From Candidatus Woesearchaeota archaeon (GTDB lineage Archaea; Nanobdellota; Nanobdellia; Pacearchaeales; GW2011-AR1), in assembly GCA_964408125.1 (NCBI GenBank), contig CAYOYC010000003.1, forward strand, positions 1 through 41,158: 41,158 nt of DNA. The letters run 5' to 3'. The notes below the pieces were generated by a model. That model made no database searches. It worked only from the letters and a program-made list of their open reading frames with translations, and was not told the origin of the DNA. Of the stretch, positions 29,471 through 35,671 are shown in pieces; positions within the stretch are counted from its first letter, which is position 1, and every line of letters begins with the position of its first letter. The translations under genes were made by a program, and so were the position numbers.

Positions 29471-30031
29471 TTATCTTAATTCTACTGATTTTGCATCAGC
29501 AAATTTTCCTATTCTTTTATAATATTCAGATAATTTATTCTTTATCATAGTTTTTTCGAGTTCATCTAATTTCATCCCTAAAAGATGTTCGTAAAACTTT
29601 ACAGCATTTGTCATTCTCATTCTTCTTTCTAGGTCGTTTGCAACTGTAAAATAAGTATTTTTTTTTGCAAGGGCAATTTTTATTTGTTGATCTGGGTTTC
29701 CTTCTCTTGATGCTCTCGCAAAAGCATCGTCAGCACCGAGTATATTCCCTGCCTTTGCATAATATTCTGCGGCTTTAAGATAGCTCTCTATTTTTTCCCT
29801 AAATGTTATGTCATACCCAGCTTTTCCAGCCATTGCTTTTGCTGCTTTGTCAAACATTAATTTTTTTTCATATAAGAAAGCGAGTGTTCCTAGTGCAAAT
29901 TTTTTTACATCCATATTAACATCAGAGCCTCTAAGGGCAGATTCTAAATATTCCATCTTGGTTAAATCTGTGTTTAGGGATTCAAATTTTGCTTTAACTT
30001 CTTGAAATAACCTCTCTTTTACCTGTACCAT
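29471..30031 (-). CDS. Alpha-helical repeat (TPR-like) hypothetical protein
   Basis: Repeated A/Y-rich helical pattern (LYEKK..FDKAAKA, YLKAAEYYAKAG); TTTAAAAA 29 nt upstream. Confidence 0.65.
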   Translation of the reverse strand: MVQVKERLFQEVKAKFESLNTDLTKMEYLESALRGSDVNMDVKKFALGTLAFLYEKKLMFDKAAKAMAGKAGYDITFREKIESYLKAAEYYAKAGNILGADDAFARASREGNPDQQIKIALAKKNTYFTVANDLERRMRMTNAVKFYEHLLGMKLDELEKTMIKNKLSEYYKRIGKFADAKSVELR

Positions 30032-30081
30032 AATTTCTTTAGATGTGTTTTGTTTTTAAATATTGTTGTTATGAAAAGAAA

Positions 30082-30258
30082 TTATTTTGTGCGTATTAGG
30101 TATGGTGTTACGTCGGATTCTAACAAGGATATGCGTCGTTGTATTGCAATTACACTTCTTCTGGCTTGTTCGCAACATCTTATCGTATCTGCTGACCATG
30201 CTTCATATCGTAAATCTGGCTTTCCCTCGTAGCTTGGATTTCGTTCTTGTGTTGGCAT
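30082..30258 (-). CDS. 58-aa hypothetical microprotein (not in ORF track)
   Basis: MPTQERNPSYEGKPDLRYEAWSAD...LIRTK; TTTAAAAA starting at 30287, 29 nt before the ATG. Confidence 0.5.
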   Translation of the reverse strand: MPTQERNPSYEGKPDLRYEAWSADTIRCCEQARRSVIAIQRRISLLESDVTPYLIRTK

Positions 30259-30311
30259 TAAATATTTAAAATATTTTAGTTTTTAAAGATAATTGTGATA
30301 GAATAGTAAAT

Positions 30312-30342
30312 AAAAAAAAGATAGCCGACAAAAAGTCGGCTA
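30312..30342 (-). terminator. Hairpin plus T-tract terminator after dnaG
   Basis: Minus strand TAGCCGAC-TTTTT-GTCGGCTA followed by TCTTTTTTTT. Confidence 0.75.
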
Positions 30343-30354
30343 AATGAAATTAAA

Positions 30355-31557
30355 TTAAATTGAAACTAGTTCAATTCCGTTAGCGTTATCTATTCTTCCA
30401 AAGCTTTGAGCAGCGACGTATTTTGCGCCTAATTTCTGAGCGCCTTCAACTACGCCATTTGCAGCGAAGCTCGTTAGTAAAACCCAAACAGGTTCTTCTA
30501 ATTTCAAATAGTCAAGCTTGGACATTGGGATATTTCTCAGAATCTCTAAAGATTCACCTAACACAAGAACGTTTTTTCCTCTTATTTCAGATGCGATTTC
30601 TCTTATTTTCTTTTTATCTTCTGTGCTTAGAGTTTTTTCGCTTTTTGTTTTTTCTTGAGCTGGTTCTTCTTTTTGAGATCTATAGTCATTTCTGTAACCA
30701 TAGGATCTGCTATCTCTTTCATATCTTTTAGGTTCGTCAAATTTCTTGAAAAATTCTTCAGGAGCTACTTTTTTCCTTAGTGCTAGATGAAGATCTTTTC
30801 CCGCCAATTCTTCGACTTCTTTCCCATCAGGTGCTTGAGCAATATATGCTATTTTTGCATTTGCACAAACATTTGTTGCGATAAGTTTTCCGCCCCTATC
30901 GCCGTCTACAAAAAGAGTTAGTTCCTTTGTTTGTCCTAGTTTTGCTATTTCAGCTGGAAGTTTAGTACCGTTCATGCCAATAACATTTGTTATGTTATGT
31001 TTTAGCATATTTACAACATCAGCTCTACCTTCAACAACAATAACTTCATTTCCAGATAGATCTCCTGCCGATAACTGTTCGTCACCGTAAGTAGTTATCT
31101 TCATTGTTCTAGAAGATTCTCTTAATTCTTGTCCGATTTCTTGAGATTCAAGCTCGCTACCCTTTATTCCGGAAAGCAATTGTTTTGCTCTTTCCATAAT
31201 ATAGTCTCTCTTTCCGCCTCTAACATCTTCAATTTCTGTAATAGTAATCTTAGCGTCAGTTGGGCCAATTTTTTCAATTGTTTCAAGAGCTGCAGCAATA
31301 ATAGTAGTTTCTGTCTTATCTAAAGCAGATGGGATTGTAATTTGTCCCTTTGTTTTTCCATTTTCTGTTGTTAGTTCAACATCGATTCTACCAATTTTGC
31401 CTTCTTTTTGTAGTTCCCTTAATTCAAGATCGCTTCCAAGTAAACCTTCAGTTTGCCCAAAAAGAGCTCCGATTACGTCGGGCTTTTCAAGTAAACCTTC
31501 AGATTCAAAGTCTGCGGATATTGTATATTTTATTGATACTGGACTTATTTTTGCCAT
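30355..31557 (-). CDS. dnaG: Archaeal DnaG (TOPRIM; exosome-associated in studied archaea)
   Basis: KPDVIGALFGQTEGLLG, VVEGRADV, DGDRGG and APDGKEVEEL; GGAGG ribosome-binding site before the ATG. Confidence 0.95.
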   Translation of the reverse strand: MAKISPVSIKYTISADFESEGLLEKPDVIGALFGQTEGLLGSDLELRELQKEGKIGRIDVELTTENGKTKGQITIPSALDKTETTIIAAALETIEKIGPTDAKITITEIEDVRGGKRDYIMERAKQLLSGIKGSELESQEIGQELRESSRTMKITTYGDEQLSAGDLSGNEVIVVEGRADVVNMLKHNITNVIGMNGTKLPAEIAKLGQTKELTLFVDGDRGGKLIATNVCANAKIAYIAQAPDGKEVEELAGKDLHLALRKKVAPEEFFKKFDEPKRYERDSRSYGYRNDYRSQKEEPAQEKTKSEKTLSTEDKKKIREIASEIRGKNVLVLGESLEILRNIPMSKLDYLKLEEPVWVLLTSFAANGVVEGAQKLGAKYVAAQSFGRIDNANGIELVSI

Positions 31558-31583
31558 TTTTTCCTCCGTGTATTTTAGTTGTC

Positions 31584-31693
31584 TTAGAAAAAGTGATTCT
31601 GCTAATAACAGTAATGAATATGAATTTTGGTTTTACCAAAACGTAATATTGATTGTGAGTAGTTAATAATCCTCAACGGACACTTTTCCTAAT
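31584..31693 (-). ncRNA. Candidate structured 5' leader or ncRNA upstream of dnaG
   Basis: 12-bp closing stem (31692-31681 with 31595-31584, one G-U pair) around internal hairpins; starts 29-30 nt after TTTAAAAA (31722-31715). Confidence 0.45.
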
Positions 31694-31810
31694 GAACTGA
31701 CGAGCAAATATTGGTTTTTAAAGCTTGTGTTTTGATGTTGTCTAGAATGCAAAATAAAAATATTTATAAACATTGCAAAAAACTAAAAAACAGACTAAAA
31801 AGGTGTTAAA

Positions 31811-31903
31811 ATGAATTTAGACGAAAGAGGCAGAAACCCAGAAGAGGAGAAATTAGATGAGTTCAGTGAGTCAGATTTAGATGACGATATTGAATTAGAA
31901 TAA
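31811..31903 (+). CDS. 30-aa acidic microprotein (not in ORF track)
   Basis: MNLDERGRNPEEEKLDEFSESDLDDDIELE; TTTATAAA at 31763-31770 and AGGTG at 31801-31805. Confidence 0.55.
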   Translation: MNLDERGRNPEEEKLDEFSESDLDDDIELE

Positions 31904-31916
31904 TTTTTATTTCAAA

Positions 31917-32087
31917 ATGGTAGAAAAAATGGAAAAAGATGAAGTAGAAGCAGAGCTGGTTGCGGAAGCAAAAGAAGACGCTAAGGCAAATGCGAAGAAG
32001 AAACTAGTGGAAAGTGTTGTCGAAGAAGAATTCGACGATGATGACGAGCTTGGAGAAGATGATATAGATGAAATAGAGGAAGAATAA
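31917..32087 (+). CDS. 56-aa acidic microprotein (not in ORF track)
   Basis: MVEKMEKDEVEAELVAEAKEDAKANAKKKLVESVVEEEFDDDDELGEDDIDEIEEE. Confidence 0.6.
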   Translation: MVEKMEKDEVEAELVAEAKEDAKANAKKKLVESVVEEEFDDDDELGEDDIDEIEEE

Positions 32088-32124
32088 AAGATAGACTTAT
32101 AAATTTGTTTTTTCTTATATTATT

Positions 32125-32772
32125 ATGAAGAGGATTGGAAAGAAGGGTTCGTCTCATTTAGAGATAATTATTGCATTTGTACTTTTTGTTGGATTTTCTC
32201 TATTCTTAATGATGTATTTACAGCCAACTCAGAAGAATACTCTTGAAGGATCTATTCTTTTTGGTTTAAAAAATGAGTTTTTTGATAATACCGTTAGTAA
32301 CGTCACAATTGCGATGGTAAAGAAAGCGAATGCGACGGAAGGTACTGGCGATTGCTGGGAGGGAGATCTTTGTAGACCAAAAGAAATTACTAATACTAAT
32401 GCGATAGGAGTTCCGATAGATGGGCAGGATGATTGTTATTATTATGTTTACGCTTCAGATGAATTTGAGGGTATTGATGGGCTATCCAAATGTGTTGAAA
32501 AAAATTATACGCTTGGGTATATTGAGGTCCAGATTGTCTATTCCAATAAATCTTTACAGGAAATAAGTAGAAGATATCATGAGGAATATGATGGATTAAA
32601 AATGACTCTTGGGGTGCCCCAGACAGTAGATTTTGCGATAACATCTAATAATTATTCTCTAAATAAACAGGTTCCGCAAGATGTAGAGGCGATTGCGGGT
32701 GTTTATAGAAAACCAGTACTATATGCAAACGGAAGTATTATTAATCAAGATTTTATTATTAAGATATGGTGA
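32125..32772 (+). CDS. Type IV pilin-like protein with class III signal peptide
   Basis: KKG/SSHLE processing site with Glu at +5 followed by a hydrophobic helix; CTTATAAA 29 nt upstream. Confidence 0.6.
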   Translation: MKRIGKKGSSHLEIIIAFVLFVGFSLFLMMYLQPTQKNTLEGSILFGLKNEFFDNTVSNVTIAMVKKANATEGTGDCWEGDLCRPKEITNTNAIGVPIDGQDDCYYYVYASDEFEGIDGLSKCVEKNYTLGYIEVQIVYSNKSLQEISRRYHEEYDGLKMTLGVPQTVDFAITSNNYSLNKQVPQDVEAIAGVYRKPVLYANGSIINQDFIIKIW

Positions 32773-33557
32773 TGAGATTTGGTCCTTCTGGCTTGGGCGG
32801 GAAAACGGAAGCAAGTGTGGTTCTAGAAAAATATCATAAATTAGGCTTGAAGGCTTGTGAAATTGCATTTACTTACGGCGTTTATCTTGATAAAAAAAGT
32901 GCAGAAGAAATTGGGAAAAAGGCTAAAGAGTTAGATATTAATCTAAGTATTCATGCTCCTTATTATATTAATTTAAATTCAGATGATAAAACAAAAATCG
33001 AAGCAAGTAAAAAAAGAATTTTAGACTGTTGTGAGATCGGGCATTACTTGTCTAGTGACAAGTACAAAACGCCAATTGTTTTTCATGCGGGATTTTATTC
33101 TAAGATGGAGCCCGAAGAAGCGTTTCAGAATATTAAAAAGGAAATTATCGAGTTGTTGGAAGAAATTAAAAAGAAAGAGTTTAATGTTGTTTTGTGTCCT
33201 GAGGTAATGGGGAAGAGAAACGTGTTTGGTTCGATTGAAGAAATTTCAAAACTTGTTAAAGAAACTGGGTGTGGTTTTTGTATTGATTTCGCGCATGTGC
33301 TTGCTAGGTATGATAAAAACAATTTTGAATTAGTTGAAGAGAGTTTTGGAAAGGCGGAATACTGGCATTGCCATTTTTCTGGAATTGTTTATGGAGATAA
33401 AGGCGAGAAAAACCATAGGCATACTGAAGAGAAGGAGTGGAAGGGTTTACTTAGTTTTTTGAAAACTCTAGATAAAAACATAACTATTATTTCAGAAGCG
33501 CCTGATCCGGTTGGAGATGCGACGGAAGGGATGGAATTGTGGGGAAAGACTAAATAG
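32766..33557 (+). CDS. nfo: Endonuclease IV / AP endonuclease family 2
   Basis: SIHAPYYINL, VFHAG, E.MGK, CIDFAH, HCHFSG and GEKNH metal ligands. The start could instead be 32772. Confidence 0.85.
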   Translation: MVMRFGPSGLGGKTEASVVLEKYHKLGLKACEIAFTYGVYLDKKSAEEIGKKAKELDINLSIHAPYYINLNSDDKTKIEASKKRILDCCEIGHYLSSDKYKTPIVFHAGFYSKMEPEEAFQNIKKEIIELLEEIKKKEFNVVLCPEVMGKRNVFGSIEEISKLVKETGCGFCIDFAHVLARYDKNNFELVEESFGKAEYWHCHFSGIVYGDKGEKNHRHTEEKEWKGLLSFLKTLDKNITIISEAPDPVGDATEGMELWGKTK

Positions 33558-33831
33558 AACTTTTGGTCTGTCTTGTCTGTTTTTTGCCTGGTATACTCTT
33601 AGCTATTCTTTCCCTTTTGGAGAATTCTGTTTCGAACATTCTTTTCCTTTTCTCATCAATAAATTCTAGAATTGCTCTAGCTTTTGCTGGTTCGTCTCTA
33701 ACCGTGTTAAGAACGTACATAATCTTTCTAATGATATCATCGTAGGTTTCTCGTTTGTGTTCTCTAAGTTTCTCAAGTCTTTCTTTTGTTTCTTTTTCTA
33801 ATTTTAGTGTTGTGATGTTGTTCCTTGTCAT
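33550..33831 (-). CDS. Ribbon-helix-helix / antitoxin-like DNA-binding protein
   Basis: ITTLKLEKETKERLEKL...ETYDDIIRKI pattern; ATG 33831 overlaps the upstream stop (TAATG). Confidence 0.65.
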   Translation of the reverse strand: MTRNNITTLKLEKETKERLEKLREHKRETYDDIIRKIMYVLNTVRDEPAKARAILEFIDEKRKRMFETEFSKRERIAKSIPGKKQTRQTKSSI

Positions 33832-34229
33832 TATGCGCATCTCCTTAGTAGTTCTTGGTATACTGGATAATCCTCAAATGTCCTTATTCCTAATGATTCA
33901 AGTTTTGGACTTATCTCTAATTCATATTCTTGCCTTATCTTTTCTAGTGACTTAAATGGTTCTCTTGTTCCCATTACAGCTCGTCTCATGTCCTTGTCAT
34001 TTTCTAAAATTACAGAAGGAACATATACTTTCCTACATAGCATGAAACCGGTGGTTCTTCCGTGCCCATCCCAAACGATAAATTTCTCTCTATATGGGAT
34101 TATTGTTATAGGGGGCTGTTCGTAGTGTAATCTTTTTTTTCTAAGTATTTCTGGAATCCTTCCAAGCCCCATTCCGTGGTCGTCTTCAATTGGGAGCAAA
34201 TCGTCCCATGGAGTGTTTTGTCTTTTCAT
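33831..34229 (-). CDS. ParB/Sulfiredoxin N-terminal-domain-like protein
   Basis: PPITI...FIVWDGHGR motif; 132 aa with no evident HTH. Confidence 0.6.
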   Translation of the reverse strand: MKRQNTPWDDLLPIEDDHGMGLGRIPEILRKKRLHYEQPPITIIPYREKFIVWDGHGRTTGFMLCRKVYVPSVILENDKDMRRAVMGTREPFKSLEKIRQEYELEISPKLESLGIRTFEDYPVYQELLRRCA

Positions 34230-34255
34230 TTTTCGTTACTGGACCTTAGTCCTAT

Positions 34256-34284
34256 ATGGTACCTTATGGTATACCATTTATAAA
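34256..34284. promoter_or_regulatory. Palindromic operator abutting a TATA box
   Basis: ATGGTA at 34256, perfect palindrome ATGGTATACCAT at 34266-34277, TTTATAAA at 34277-34284. Confidence 0.55.
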
Positions 34285-34372
34285 TATTTGTAATTCCATA
34301 GTTACAACAAAATGGTAAGATTTATAAAGGTCTTTTGGGTTTCTATTTTAACTAAATTAATATTAAACCAAA

Positions 34373-35593
34373 ATGAACACAAAAACTTTAATGGTTGCTT
34401 TAATAGCAGTCTTAGGCGTATTTATGTTTGGTCTGACATCTGCTTTAGTGGATAATTCCTCAGTAATACTTAACGTTAATGGCGTTGATGTTGTTAATGG
34501 GCATGTTCCTATTGTTAATTTAGCTGGATTTGCTGGCGATATGATACCTGTAAGGGTAACATTCAAGGCAGACTTAGCTACTTTCAATGAAAGCGGTAGT
34601 GATGTTAAGATAAGAATTGAAGTCTATGGTGGAAGTGAGGAATACTCAGATTCTACTGGTAGATTTAATGTTGTTTCCGGAAGTGTTTATACAAAGTTGC
34701 TTAATGTGCAACTTCCAAAGAGCATGGACGAAACTACAGAAGATCTTATTTTAAAAGTAAGAGTCTATAGCCCAGACAACGAATACAATAAAGAATATAC
34801 AATAGCTATGCAGAGAAATTCCTATCAATTAGGACTTTTATCTGTTGACTATGATTCAAGTGTTTCAGCTGGCGATGTAGTTCCAGTCTCTGTTGTTATC
34901 AAAAACAATGGATTCGAAAACTCTGATGATGGATTTGTTACAGTAACAATACCAGAATTAGGCGTTTCTGCAAAGGGTTACTTAGGTGATCTTGTTGCTG
35001 TAGAATCTTGCGAATATAATTGCGACGATACTGATGCTATACAGAAGATTGTTCAATTAAGAATACCTTCAGCAGCTAAAGATGGTACTTATGATATGGT
35101 TGTAAAAGTTTATGATGCTGATAGCACAACAACTCTTACAAGACAAATCAGAGTAAGCGCATCTAGTGACACTCAAGTTGTATCTGCTGTTAAGAGCCAA
35201 GATATTAGAGCTGGAGAAACAAAGACATTCGAGATGATTCTTGTTAACTCTGCTGATAAAGTAATGGTGTATAGTCTTAATGCGGTTTCTGGATCTGATT
35301 TGTCAGTTTCTGTACCCTCAGTAGTTACTGTTGATGCAGGATCAAGCAAAATAGTTCAAGTAACTGTAACAGCATCTAATGATGCCAAGAAAGGAGTATA
35401 TCCATTTACAGTAGAAGCTAATGGGAAAACAATTGTTTTCAATGCAAATGTGACTGGTCAAACAGTTTCATATTCTGCTATTGCACTAACAGTTATTCTT
35501 GTAATAATCTTTGTTGCATTACTTGTTGTATTGGCTGTTCTTCTAACAAGAAAGAGCAAACCAACAGAAGAAGTAGAAACTAGCTACTATTAA
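34373..35593 (+). CDS. Secreted, C-terminally anchored beta-rich (Ig/CARDB-like) surface protein, S-layer candidate
   Basis: Signal peptide, V/S/T/D-rich beta strands (GDVVPVSVVIKNNG), C-terminal TM helix and short tail ending SYY. Confidence 0.7.
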   Translation: MNTKTLMVALIAVLGVFMFGLTSALVDNSSVILNVNGVDVVNGHVPIVNLAGFAGDMIPVRVTFKADLATFNESGSDVKIRIEVYGGSEEYSDSTGRFNVVSGSVYTKLLNVQLPKSMDETTEDLILKVRVYSPDNEYNKEYTIAMQRNSYQLGLLSVDYDSSVSAGDVVPVSVVIKNNGFENSDDGFVTVTIPELGVSAKGYLGDLVAVESCEYNCDDTDAIQKIVQLRIPSAAKDGTYDMVVKVYDADSTTTLTRQIRVSASSDTQVVSAVKSQDIRAGETKTFEMILVNSADKVMVYSLNAVSGSDLSVSVPSVVTVDAGSSKIVQVTVTASNDAKKGVYPFTVEANGKTIVFNANVTGQTVSYSAIALTVILVIIFVALLVVLAVLLTRKSKPTEEVETSYY

Positions 35594-35671
35594 ACACAAT
35601 TTAATTTTGGATTTTTATTTTTTAATCCATTTTTTTTAAAAAGAAAGAGGGGATAGACGAAGAAAATAGAG

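Noticed and set aside
30050-30269. Plus-strand 60-aa ORFs from the track
   Set aside because: Non-ATG starts and no promoter; the minus-strand ORF 30082-30258 has ATG and correct TATA spacing.
31584-31692. MITE interpretation of the 12-bp inverted repeat
   Set aside because: No target-site duplication or second copy seen; the strand-specific G-U pair and promoter position favour an RNA structure.
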